This document shows positions 37,105-47,200 of a stretch of 64,000 bases of DNA, piece after piece. A model generated the notes under the pieces. It did not search any database, was not told the DNA's origin, and saw only the letters and a list, made by a program, of their open reading frames with translations. Within the stretch, counting starts at the first letter, position 1, and every line of letters begins with the position of its first letter. Source of the DNA: a virus (lineage: Duplodnaviria; Caudoviricetes). A program made the translations under genes and the position numbers. Location: IMG/VR virus record IMGVR_UViG_3300037067_018912, positions 256,001-320,000 of that record. One strand, given 5' to 3'.

Positions 37105-37533
37105 ATGCCAAACGGAAGTACACATGATATCATAACAATCGTAGTTGCCCCAGTTGTCGCCGGAGTCTCGTATTGGGCAACCAAGGACATCAAAACGACA
37201 GCGATCATTTTCGTTGCATACCTCTTCGCCTCATTCATGTTCAACGGCGACTTAGACACCAACAGCAGACCATACAACCGTTGGTTCATATTGAAAATGA
37301 TATGGATACCGTATCAACTTTTGTTTGAGCACCGAAGCGTGTTCACCCACGGATTGGTGATTGGGACTTTAATTAGGGTTGTGTATGTGGCTGTGATACC
37401 CGTTGCCGTATTTGCATTCCGGGGAGATACTCCACATATTCTCACTGCTGTTAATTTAAAAATCCTTTTGTACGTTCTTATCGGCCTTGAAGCGGGTTCT
37501 GCCGTGCATACCGTATCAGATAAAATATTTTAA
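37105..37533 (+). CDS. DUF2227-like metal-binding membrane protein
   Basis: MPNGSTHD, GDLD, HRSVFTHG, VHTVSD. Confidence 0.75.
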   Translation: MPNGSTHDIITIVVAPVVAGVSYWATKDIKTTAIIFVAYLFASFMFNGDLDTNSRPYNRWFILKMIWIPYQLLFEHRSVFTHGLVIGTLIRVVYVAVIPVAVFAFRGDTPHILTAVNLKILLYVLIGLEAGSAVHTVSDKIF

Positions 37534-37580
37534 TTTTTTTTGTAACCTTCTTATTATTTATACGTATCTTTGTATCATAT

Positions 37581-37747
37581 GGGGATGTGGACAAATTGGT
37601 AAAGTCGCTTGCATGTTTACGCACAGCAGGAGAGACGGAGAGTGTACATCATAACCGTTGGGTTACAGTTGATAATTTTATGGCGGTGCGCACCGCTGTA
37701 TTATGAAGACCTATAATCTTTGGGGGTTCGAGTCCCCCCCTTCCCCA
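37581..37747 (+). ncRNA. tRNA-like RNA with ~110-nt insertion replacing the anticodon arm
   Basis: GGGGATG-TG-GAC AAATTGGTAAA GTC ... GGGGG-TTCGAGT-CCCCC-CCTTCCCC-A. Confidence 0.7.
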
Positions 37748-37839
37748 CGATGTCGACCGGAAGGTCGGCATTAATGTAAGGTTGAATTAAGGGTGCATGA
37801 ATCTGCAGATAACATGCATCGAATAGTCTTCCAAGCATT

Positions 37840-37907
37840 AGCGATGTAACTCAGTTGGTAGAGTGCTCCAGAAGGAGAAGTCGCAGGTTCGAATCCTGCT
37901 GTCGCAA
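37840..37907 (+). ncRNA. tRNA-like RNA with a tetraloop in place of the anticodon loop
   Basis: CTCC-AGAA-GGAG; canonical D and T arms. Confidence 0.7.
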
Positions 37908-37927
37908 CTAAAAGTTCTTTGATGATT

Positions 37928-38144
37928 TAAAGTCTTTCCGCTTGAAGCAGAGCAGCACGAATAGTTGAAAAAAACAGCGTTAACGATGATTCCATTACGG
38001 TCATCACGTAAGTGCAGGCTGATGCAGAGGCCGTTGTTTTGTGTAAAGGTGATCGCCGCCAAGTGAAGCAATCTGGTAAGGGCAGATCGGTGAAAAATGG
38101 TTGAACGCCAATCATTCTCCTGCAAATGGGACGGAAAGACTTTA
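37928..38144 (+). ncRNA. ~215-nt rod-like structured RNA candidate
   Basis: 13-bp terminal stem TAAAGTCTTTCCG/CGGAAAGACTTTA plus nested helices. Confidence 0.55.
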
Positions 38145-38147
38145 TCT

Positions 38148-38352
38148 GGTGTCGTGGCGAAATTGGTAGACGCAGCATTCATAAAGAGTGCCATAACGTA
38201 GGAATCGGTAGTAAAACCAAATTCTTGAATAGGGGTTACTGTAACGCAAGTTGCACACTGCGAAAAAGATGGGAGAATAGGACAGGATTCCGGTGGGCGA
38301 GTAATAAAGAGTGCCGGGGCGACCCGTGGAGGTTCAAGTCCTTCGGACACCG
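38148..38352 (+). ncRNA. Leu-type tRNA body interrupted by a 123-nt insertion
   Basis: D arm GCG-AAATTGGTAGA-CGC, variable and T arms at 3' end; ATAAAGAGTGCC at both 38181 and 38304. Confidence 0.7.
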
Positions 38353-38355
38353 CAT

Positions 38356-38436
38356 GGTTGGGTAACTTAAAAATTAGAGTGGTATTCCTGAAATAGTTGG
38401 TAACGCCAGATGTTGGTTCAAGTCCAACCCCAACCG
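38356..38436 (+). ncRNA. degenerate tRNA-like RNA
   Basis: GGTTGGG/CCCAACC acceptor, GTTGG-TTCAAGT-CCAAC T arm; irregular anticodon arm. Confidence 0.6.
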
Positions 38437-38536
38437 CCTTATAAAAATATTATTCATTTTTTTGTAATTAACAACATTATTTCCTACATTTGTTAGTTGA
38501 ATTTGGTTTTTTTACAACCGATTAACCACTAACACG

Positions 38537-38863
38537 ATGACAGGACAAGAACTCTACGACTACATCACAAGTCAACTCACCCCCGAACAGGCGTTAAAAA
38601 AAGTGCTCGAAGGCTATCTGATCGAGTATGAACACCTGAAATTCAGCGAAGAAGGAAATGAAATGCACCCACTGCTCATAGTTGCCATGTGCGGCATGGA
38701 ACTCGGATGGCAATTCCTGTTGCCAAAAGATGCCGAAACAGATGAAACCCCAATGGATGGTGTTGTCATGGGCACGGAGGATTTCATAAACAAACTTCTT
38801 AAACTCGACGTCCCAAAAGAACCCGACGAACAACCCCCTCAAAACAACGAACCCAATGCTTAA
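38537..38863 (+). CDS. hypothetical protein
   Basis: 108-aa ORF behind TACATTTG. Confidence 0.75.
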   Translation: MTGQELYDYITSQLTPEQALKKVLEGYLIEYEHLKFSEEGNEMHPLLIVAMCGMELGWQFLLPKDAETDETPMDGVVMGTEDFINKLLKLDVPKEPDEQPPQNNEPNA

Positions 38864-39194
38864 AATCAACTACACCCAAGAATTGATCGACGAGATCAAA
38901 AAAGTCTACCCGGATAACACACTACTCCACGATCTTGTAGAAGAAGGGGAAGAATCCATAGGCAGAATGCTTCTCGATCTTATACCCAAAGACCCAACAT
39001 ACGACGAATTGCTCGCAATTGAAACCTTCGAGGAATTCCAAGCACTGAAAAATCATGCCAAGCAAGCCAAAATAAAAGACGCCCTGTATGAGAAGTGGAT
39101 ACGGGAAATGCATGCCGCCTATCTAAACGACATACAATCAACACCAATAGTGAAACGGAAATTGATGTACAATCTTATTGAAGAAGATAAATAA
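38856..39194 (+). CDS. hypothetical protein
   Basis: 112-aa ORF. Confidence 0.7.
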   Translation: MLKINYTQELIDEIKKVYPDNTLLHDLVEEGEESIGRMLLDLIPKDPTYDELLAIETFEEFQALKNHAKQAKIKDALYEKWIREMHAAYLNDIQSTPIVKRKLMYNLIEEDK

Positions 39195-39202
39195 TTATCA
39201 CC

Positions 39203-39463
39203 ATGCCCGAAATAAACGAAAATCGTATTAAAACGATCAAAATCATTACGAACAAAGGTGAGGAATACGAATTTCCCGCTGAACAGCACACAAAGATAAG
39301 CACGTGGATGGGGACTATGAATATGGGTGCTTATAATTTCATTGAACACACGCACAATGGAAAGAAACTCTTGGCGATAATCAGCACCTCTGATGACGAA
39401 ATTATGGACGAGGTTATGAGACTCTTTGATAAGAGCAATATTGAAAAAATATTAAACAACTGA
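39203..39463 (+). CDS. hypothetical protein
   Basis: 86-aa ORF. Confidence 0.7.
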   Translation: MPEINENRIKTIKIITNKGEEYEFPAEQHTKISTWMGTMNMGAYNFIEHTHNGKKLLAIISTSDDEIMDEVMRLFDKSNIEKILNN

Positions 39464-39464
39464 T

Positions 39465-39674
39465 ATGCCAACAAAAGTTGCAAGACTCGAAATTCTTGAT
39501 TCCATAGGTGGGGTTGTAAAAACACACCACATTCCATATTCAAGCGAAATCGACAACACCATTGTCATCAGCATTGGCAAATATGTTTATTTCTTGAACG
39601 ATGATGGTGAGATCACGATTAAATCCTTGAGAGATGATATTGATAAACAAATCTATAAACCAATAACAACATGA
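39465..39674 (+). CDS. hypothetical protein
   Basis: 69-aa ORF. Confidence 0.65.
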   Translation: MPTKVARLEILDSIGGVVKTHHIPYSSEIDNTIVISIGKYVYFLNDDGEITIKSLRDDIDKQIYKPITT

Positions 39675-40336
39675 AAAATCTATTATTCACAATCCTTTTC
39701 GCATTCATTGCAATTAGTCTCTTCGCACAAGAAACCCAGGAAAAACCATCACCATTCTCTGCAGGTGCAGATTTCTACAGCAGTTTCATTTGGAGGGGAT
39801 CGAAACTTGGAACAGGTCCGGCCTTCCAACCCTGTGTCAAATATGCCACGGACAACCTCGTGATAGGTGCTTGGGGTTCGTTTGATGCTTCCGGTTTCAC
39901 AGAAACCGATCTGTTTTTCAGTTATACCCTTCCGTTCAATTTGAGCCTCGGAATGACTGATTATTACTCCCCGGCACTTGAATATTTCGATTACTCCGAT
40001 TCTACGGGAAGCCATGCATTCGAAATCAACGCCGCATACACAATCGAAGGTCTAACCCTCAACGCCAACTATATCATTAATGAAGCAGGTGGCATGGGTT
40101 CAAAAGGTGGTGATATGTACTTCCAAGCCTTATATCAATTCAAACACTTCAATATGAGTGTCGGTGCGGGTGATGGTTGGTTAACCACTGACAACAAGTT
40201 CAACGTCTGCCACATCGGGATCGGGACAGTAAAGGAGATTAAAATAACCGACAAATTCTCTATACCCGTTACCGGGCAGGTAGTTCTCAATCCTGAACAG
40301 GAGAAGTTGTACGTGGTGGTGGGATTCTCGTTATAA
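39671..40336 (+). CDS. outer-membrane beta-barrel protein (TorF-like putative porin)
   Basis: Signal peptide; ADFYSSFIWRG, AFQP, GAWGS, ETDLF; amphipathic C-terminal strand VVVGFSL. Confidence 0.72.
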   Translation: MKNLLFTILFAFIAISLFAQETQEKPSPFSAGADFYSSFIWRGSKLGTGPAFQPCVKYATDNLVIGAWGSFDASGFTETDLFFSYTLPFNLSLGMTDYYSPALEYFDYSDSTGSHAFEINAAYTIEGLTLNANYIINEAGGMGSKGGDMYFQALYQFKHFNMSVGAGDGWLTTDNKFNVCHIGIGTVKEIKITDKFSIPVTGQVVLNPEQEKLYVVVGFSL

Positions 40337-40355
40337 ATTTACAAAAACTATTAAT

Positions 40356-40640
40356 ATGGCAAATATTAACGAAGGAATGGCAAAAAAAGACCCTTCCGAT
40401 TTTGAAAACATCCTCGTGCAATTGAGAACACACGTTAAGGATTCAGAAGGGATTTCCAACGATTTATATTCAATAGCAGAAACCTTGACCTCCCAAGACA
40501 AGGAAGAGTCGAAACCCGAACCCGAACCATCGATGATACGTGGAGGTATAATACCGGAAATGTGCTATCTCATACATCAATTGGAATTGATCAATGCCAA
40601 AAACCACGGTCTGTTGCAAAGACTCCACAGAATGGTCTAA
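40356..40640 (+). CDS. hypothetical protein
   Basis: 94-aa ORF. Confidence 0.7.
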   Translation: MANINEGMAKKDPSDFENILVQLRTHVKDSEGISNDLYSIAETLTSQDKEESKPEPEPSMIRGGIIPEMCYLIHQLELINAKNHGLLQRLHRMV

Positions 40641-40643
40641 AAT

Positions 40644-40847
40644 ATGAAAATATTAGCGGAAATATGGAAGTGGTTGTTGATTGTAGGATGTATAGTCCTA
40701 TTGGTCATTAAGTGGGTTGTTGTGATCCCAGTATGGTCGTTGACTGGTTTCCTTATTACAGGAAGATTTTTCAATGAATTCGATTTCGCCATACTGCCTG
40801 AGATATGGTTTGAGGATTTGGTGAACAAAAAAATCAACAACATATGA
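40644..40847 (+). CDS. small membrane protein
   Basis: Hydrophobic N-terminal half. Confidence 0.6.
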   Translation: MKILAEIWKWLLIVGCIVLLVIKWVVVIPVWSLTGFLITGRFFNEFDFAILPEIWFEDLVNKKINNI

Positions 40848-41068
40848 AAGAAAAAATACAAGCACGGATCGACGAGTACCAAAAGGAACTCGACAAATGG
40901 AAAGAACAATGGAGGCAGATTCAGGACGGTGAACTCCCTATGATGCCACCTTTCGCCGATATGGTGAATAGGCATTTGGCGATGTACGGTTATCAAATAG
41001 GAGAACTCAAATGGGTTCTTGAACAAATGAATACCCCAGAGGAAACAACAAAAACCCCCGTATCATGA
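40844..41068 (+). CDS. hypothetical protein
   Basis: ATGA overlap with previous gene. Confidence 0.65.
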   Translation: MKEKIQARIDEYQKELDKWKEQWRQIQDGELPMMPPFADMVNRHLAMYGYQIGELKWVLEQMNTPEETTKTPVS

Positions 41069-41301
41069 CACACGAACAGAAAATTAATTACATGAGGATC
41101 GCCGCAGGAATGGCAAGCCTTTACTTCAACAACGACCAATTGGACTTGTTGGTCAGCCTCTATGACACCGTCATCGAAAAAGAAGGTAAGACATCAGTCA
41201 GTGACATCGTGGATGTTGAATTTGCAGTGAAGACTCGCAAGGAGGAAAGGGAACGCAAGGAATTGAGTGAAAAGGCGAGAAAAGTAGGCGAAAACTCATA
41301 G
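41065..41301 (+). CDS. hypothetical protein
   Basis: ATGA overlap with previous gene. Confidence 0.7.
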   Translation: MTHEQKINYMRIAAGMASLYFNNDQLDLLVSLYDTVIEKEGKTSVSDIVDVEFAVKTRKEERERKELSEKARKVGENS

Positions 41302-41303
41302 CC

Positions 41304-41642
41304 ATGATGGATTTGATGTATTTTGGATATGGCTACGAGGATGATGCTGTGAAGTACCAATCGGATTTCATCAACGAAGTCAAGGAAGTATTCCCGGACG
41401 TCGTATTAAAAAACGCCTATGATCAAATCAAGGGATACAGGCAGGAAGTATGGTTGGATGACTGCCGAGAGGATGATTATTACACCTTCCTGATCGGCAA
41501 AGGGTGGTTCGAAATGTCCCTTACTATGCAACTCGTCATGCATAGCAATGAAAGGAAAGAAGACTTCAAAAAGTGGTTCAAACTTGCCAAGAAGCAATAC
41601 CCGGAAGCATTCAAACCGGAAGCGTTGAAAGAGGACGAATAA
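41304..41642 (+). CDS. hypothetical protein
   Basis: 112-aa ORF. Confidence 0.72.
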   Translation: MMDLMYFGYGYEDDAVKYQSDFINEVKEVFPDVVLKNAYDQIKGYRQEVWLDDCREDDYYTFLIGKGWFEMSLTMQLVMHSNERKEDFKKWFKLAKKQYPEAFKPEALKEDE

Positions 41643-41723
41643 ATTTTTAAAATTTGTTGACAACGATATTTAATTTGAGTATCTTTGCAGTCTTTTAAAA
41701 ATTAACATTAAACAACCAACGAA

Positions 41724-41945
41724 ATGCTGAACACAAAAAAGAGCCTGCACGAATTGATCATGGAGAAGTATGAATGCCAAAAAAGGATCAGCATCAACAG
41801 TCACCACATCCACGATTTGAGGCAGGAAGGAAAGGACACCACAAAATTGATGAGTGAAATCGAGAATATGAAACATCGGATCACTTGCTTAAACCGGGAG
41901 ATGGAAGACAAATATTCATATTCGTGCCATCATATCACGGTCTAA
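41724..41945 (+). CDS. hypothetical coiled-coil protein
   Basis: 73-aa ORF behind TATCTTTG. Confidence 0.65.
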   Translation: MLNTKKSLHELIMEKYECQKRISINSHHIHDLRQEGKDTTKLMSEIENMKHRITCLNREMEDKYSYSCHHITV

Positions 41946-41974
41946 TGACTTAAACCCAAACACCTTGAAACAAA

Positions 41975-42178
41975 ATGATTACCCTCAACGATGTCCAATC
42001 ACCCTTTTCTATTGATATTATTAATGGACAAAAAGTAATATCAATGGGAGATTATTATGTCCCTCTTGTAAAGACAATTTCCAATCAAAGTGCGGAATTG
42101 GCTAAACATCTCATGGAGTTTTATTATAAATTAGGCTTTATGGCAGCCGTCCGTCAAATGACAAAAATACAAGAATAA
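41975..42178 (+). CDS. hypothetical protein
   Basis: 67-aa ORF. Confidence 0.6.
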   Translation: MITLNDVQSPFSIDIINGQKVISMGDYYVPLVKTISNQSAELAKHLMEFYYKLGFMAAVRQMTKIQE

Positions 42179-42179
42179 A

Positions 42180-42374
42180 ATGTCACGAAGAGAACCACGT
42201 TTTTATCCTGGCCACAAAGGAGAGCGCAAAAGGACAGGAGAATGGATCAGCACTTGGGTTAAACCCAAGGGGAAGTTTTGGAAAAGAAACTCCAATAAGA
42301 AGATTAGAAAAAGCGATTCAGTCTCCGGCGGTGGTTTCTTTAAAAAAGTTTGGGGATGGTTTGAGTGGTCGTAA
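42180..42374 (+). CDS. small basic K/R/W-rich protein
   Basis: MSRREPR...KRNSNKKIRK...FKKVW. Confidence 0.65.
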   Translation: MSRREPRFYPGHKGERKRTGEWISTWVKPKGKFWKRNSNKKIRKSDSVSGGGFFKKVWGWFEWS

Positions 42375-42386
42375 ACAATTATCATT

Positions 42387-42677
42387 ATGCGATATAAAAT
42401 TGACGATAATAAAATTTGGGAAGACACCGGAAAAGTCAAGATACACAATTATCCGCCGGAAGGTAGGGGTACGTTTTCTTATATCACCCGCATCTATCGT
42501 GAATATAAAAAAGATCAATTTGGTTGGAAAGAAGTTGAAGGAGAACCTATTTATTTTCACGATCTGAAAACAGAACTGTTAGCATTTGCCAAGATAATGG
42601 CGGAGTCCGAAGCCGCATTAGATGCCTTATTGGAACGTGAAAAATTTCTTATTCCAATTAATGATTATCCTTTTTAA
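42387..42677 (+). CDS. hypothetical protein
   Basis: 96-aa ORF. Confidence 0.65.
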   Translation: MRYKIDDNKIWEDTGKVKIHNYPPEGRGTFSYITRIYREYKKDQFGWKEVEGEPIYFHDLKTELLAFAKIMAESEAALDALLEREKFLIPINDYPF

Positions 42678-42725
42678 ATAAAAGTAAGCAACGATATTTG
42701 ATTTATCCAAAAAAACCCTAAACCA

Positions 42726-43331
42726 ATGTTCAAGAACCCATTCAAAAAGAAAAGGAAGGAAAAGCCGATCTGCAGGCATTATAACAACTTCCGGTTGTTG
42801 AAAGACTTTACCGACGGCGGAGTCCCCTATCTCGACCATGAATGCTACGACTGCGGTTACAGATTCAGTGGCAGAGTACATGTGAAACCGGAGGATTGGA
42901 AAAGTAGGTTCGTCTGTGCGGAAGAAGGTTTCATATTGATCAACAGGATTCCTGAAACCAAACATAAAAAAGTTCTTTGTATCGTGATCCCCATGTTGTT
43001 CTTGATATTGAATTCTTGTGTCCAAGTCGTTGAGAAAGGTCCATTCACATGTGAAAGCAAGGTGATCAATAGACATCACGAGGACGCCAAGACCGAATAC
43101 GGTTACCATTATGGTTACTCCATCATGAAAGGAAAGACCTGTTACCATTATGGTGATTACGATGTCCCGGAAGAGAACGAGATTACATATATATTCCTCG
43201 GTGACACCCTGACAACAAATAATAAAGAATTGTATAATAAAGACCACCTCTTTATCACTTACATGAAAATCTATCACGTTGAAAAAGAGGACACATCGTT
43301 CAGCCATATCCGGGTCATCGACACCCAATAA
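42726..43331 (+). CDS. hypothetical protein with internal lipoprotein-like signal
   Basis: Cys/His N-domain, then KKVLCIVIPMLFLILNSC. Confidence 0.65.
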   Translation: MFKNPFKKKRKEKPICRHYNNFRLLKDFTDGGVPYLDHECYDCGYRFSGRVHVKPEDWKSRFVCAEEGFILINRIPETKHKKVLCIVIPMLFLILNSCVQVVEKGPFTCESKVINRHHEDAKTEYGYHYGYSIMKGKTCYHYGDYDVPEENEITYIFLGDTLTTNNKELYNKDHLFITYMKIYHVEKEDTSFSHIRVIDTQ

Positions 43332-43410
43332 AACAAACCGATAATAATTTTTTGGGTTTAAGAGTACGGGTATTTTATCCCTGATCGGTCGTAAGTATGA
43401 AAAAGGACTT

Positions 43411-44190
43411 ATGACCAAAACATTCTTGATATTATTGCTGTCGTTATTATCTTTCGTTCCCGACGATCCGCCGTACAAATACGGTAAGCCTACAACTAAA
43501 GGTATAAGTGACTACATCAAAACCTTTGAATACGACCTTGTTATAGAATTCAAGAATTATATAAAGGACACTATATTAGACGAGGCCGAAGTATGGATAG
43601 AGTGTGATAATTTGTCCGAGTACACGGAGCACGACACTTTAGAACTCGGAAGATTTTATATCCCCGGTGATGTTATTATTACGAATGAGACCCTGTTCCT
43701 CGATTATGATATCAACATGATGTCCAAGTGGAAAAGATCGCAGTATATCGAAACGAACCAATTCGTTAAGGCCACCGTGATGCACGAACTGACACATTTC
43801 TATTTCTATATGGTAACTTTATATATGAAGTATTCGAAACAATACGTCTCTCCCGAATACAAGGCTACTATCAATCTGTTTCCATATAACAGCCAAGGAG
43901 CAGAATTTATTGAGGAAGGTGTGTGTGAATACGTCACGGTGAAAATGGGTGAGACTATCCCTTACAAAAATAATTACAAACCTGTAACCACAAGAGAAAT
44001 TATCGAAAACAGGAATACCCACAAACTCAAATACAAATACAGCAGTTTCTTTGTAAAACAACTCCTCGATACGGTGGACCTGAGAACAGGAATTGAAATC
44101 CTTATCTCCAATTCCCCGCCATCTACAGAAGAAATCTTACATCCGGAGACCTTCTACAAAAGGTTGAGATACGATATCCCAAGTGATTAA
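43411..44190 (+). CDS. secreted HExxH metallopeptidase-like protein
   Basis: Signal peptide, VMHELTH, FIEEGVCEY, PPSTEEILHPE. Confidence 0.75.
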   Translation: MTKTFLILLLSLLSFVPDDPPYKYGKPTTKGISDYIKTFEYDLVIEFKNYIKDTILDEAEVWIECDNLSEYTEHDTLELGRFYIPGDVIITNETLFLDYDINMMSKWKRSQYIETNQFVKATVMHELTHFYFYMVTLYMKYSKQYVSPEYKATINLFPYNSQGAEFIEEGVCEYVTVKMGETIPYKNNYKPVTTREIIENRNTHKLKYKYSSFFVKQLLDTVDLRTGIEILISNSPPSTEEILHPETFYKRLRYDIPSD

Positions 44191-44286
44191 GATATTGCGT
44201 TTTATAAACAACGAAAAGTCATTATTATAAGATCGTATTCCTTTCATTGTAATCTTGTCATTTTGGAAGTATTTATTGAAAACAGA

Positions 44287-47200
44287 ATGATTTTGAATAA
44301 CATCGTCATAAACGAAACCTACGGGAGCATTCAGGAACTCAAGAAACTCACGGACGATATCCTGTATGAGGTGGCAAGTAAGAACTATCCCGATTATCAA
44401 CGTAATAATATCTTCGGGTACATCTATGGTATTCATCTCGGTGATATGGATGCAACCCGCTACAGGGAAATAGGGGATTTCGTTAAAAACCACAACGTGC
44501 AGGTGTATTTCACCCCATACAAAGAAGGTGATGTTGGTGTTAATGCAAAAACTAAAGGCACATATTTGTTTCCGTCCACAACCGATAAAAGAGATTACAA
44601 AACTGGATTCGGCAGGGAAATCAACGTTAATTACAATTACAATGAGATGAAGAATGCCGTGGATACCATGCTCAAGGAAAAGGATGCCGAAGGGAAGAAC
44701 TTTAATGTGACTGATATATATTCCAAGTTTTCCTCAAGATTGCATTTGACCCTTCTTCATGAACTCCAACATGCCTATGATGAATATAGAAGTAAGGGGA
44801 TGGCGTTTCAATCAAAACAATCTGTATCTTTTCAAAAGAAATATCCACAAAAAGCGGCTGCTGATACGAAAATGGAGGAATTGGCCGAACTCAATAAATT
44901 CAAATCGTATTCAAATCTCCCCCACGAAGTTTGGGCAAGGTTCACCCAGGCGGTTACTAACGTGCCCTTCTTTAATGTCGATATGGATGCCTCGGAGAAT
45001 TATTTCATTTATGCAATGAATCCTTTGCATAACGTGGTAAAAAAATTCACAACTTATTTCGAGAATTGGAGACTCCTGCCGGAGAAAATGAAATGGACAC
45101 TGATTAAAAGGGTTTCACAATTTTGGCATCACGAACAGGAGAGAATGAAAGAAAAGAACCTCAAAGAAAAATCTGATTGGGAAATTCACCAAAGACAAAA
45201 GGCAAGTGTTCCGCAAAACAATCCCGTAAATATTCCTCAAGGAAGTGTTCCTGTCCAGGCCGAGTCTCTCCTTTCAGCATCACAATTAGAGGAAGACGTC
45301 AAGAATATCACGGATGAAGAGATTGTTATCAGCGCAGGCACAGAACTCTACCACGGCACTATAGAAGAATTCGACAAAGAAAAAGCAAAAGTCGGCGGTT
45401 ATGACGAAATGTTTTGGACAACGACTAACCCCGCTATTGCACAAACTTATATACCACAATCCGGATATCTTTACACGTGGAGTCAGACTATAGCAATGCC
45501 CAACGAAGACCCAACCGACGTGAATATGCAAAAGGCGTTTGGAATAGATTATGATTATTCCAAAGTCAAGTTTGATAGTCATCGGGCGAGTTCTTATATG
45601 GAAGCACCTGTGTTCAGGCAGTACAGTGATCAGTATTGGACTCTGAGCAGCGAAGCATATGCGAAATACAAAGCATTGGAAGACTTCAAAAAGGCATTCA
45701 ACGAAAAAGAAAAACAAAACCTCGAAACCGATCAAGACCTTAACGAATTCGAGAGGTTGGAAAACGAGTACAGCGAAGCCGAACAGAACCTCCGTGGAAT
45801 GAACGTGGAAAAGTTCAAGAACGAATACGTTAACGGCAAATTGAAAGAACTCGGCTATGAGCCTATTAAATCCGACGATTATAACAAAAACTACGGTTGG
45901 AAACTCAAAGTTCATAATCAACAATTGCAACCAGCCGACTATAAGGCAGAAGGAAGATTATTTATCGTCAGACCCAAAAGAGATTTAAAAATCTACGATA
46001 CTACTGAAGGCGGAAGCAGAGAAGCCGACTTAACCGACCTCGACTATCACAAACACACTTGGTTTCAACAAGCCAAAGAAAGTGGATATGATGGGATAAA
46101 AATTACTGACTTTGCTCAAAGCGAAGACCAAGGTAATGTGGAGCACACTTCGATTGGTCTTTTCCAAGAGACTTTAAGGGACGTTGCTATCGACGAAGTC
46201 CCTGCTGTTCATCACGAACTCGGACAATTCTACGGGACAGATTGGAAAACTCCTGAATATAAGAAATACAAAGGAATAACAGAAGAAGAAATAACACCCG
46301 GAGGACTCAATACAACTGACCCCGGTGTAATTACTAAAACAGCGTTAAGACTTATTCTCGACTCCGATAAGGCATACGAAATCTTGGATACCACAAGAGC
46401 GGGAGGATCAACTTGGTGCGCAGGTGGGTGTGGGATATTGGCAGAAGCACTTAATATCCTTTATGGTTACCCTTTATACGCCGTTTATGACCACGATTGG
46501 GGACAAGTGGATCATATGGTCGTCCGTACACCGAGAGGAACATTCATCGACTGTGACGGCGAACAAAAGGGTATCCTTGCCAATTTCAAAAGAAAGGAAC
46601 ATTACGAACGTCCTAATGTGAAATTATCATTGGTTCTTTATGACCAAGACGCTAAAACAAAATTACGCAACAGTATCATTTTTGACCATAAGGCAAGCGA
46701 GAGATTGGCCGAATTAATCAAAAATGGATTAAATAATACTAATCAAAATAATACTAATCAAAATAATACTAATCAAAATAATACTAATCAAAATAATAAC
46801 AATCAGACCCTTAATCAGACCCTCACAAACGAAAATGATGATCCCTCAAAGATCGCAAGTAATGGTCCTGAAGATTCTACCAAAAAGATTTATTATAATG
46901 GACGTACCAACGCAAGACCGTACACGGGCAAATATATTTATATCACAGACTCACCCGGTTATGCATCAGGTTATTCAAACGGGAGAGAATTGTATTCTTA
47001 CACCATTCCTTTCCCTGAGACGAGATTGTTTAGTATAAAAAATTCTAATCATATGAACCTGTTAAGACAATACCTCGACAGACAGACCATAGAGGCTATA
47101 ATCCGAGACAGCGGTGCAGGCAGTGAAATTGATTGGGCAGCCTTTGGATATATTTCAACAGACGATTTTGAGGCAGGGGAAGATTTGTTACAGTACTTGG

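Noticed and set aside
37581-38352. Group I introns in the interrupted tRNAs
   Set aside because: Inserts of about 110-123 nt are too short, and I could not find the conserved core elements.
42627-43478. 283-aa minus-strand ORF
   Set aside because: It is antisense to well-formed + strand genes in a + strand operon and has no recognisable motifs.
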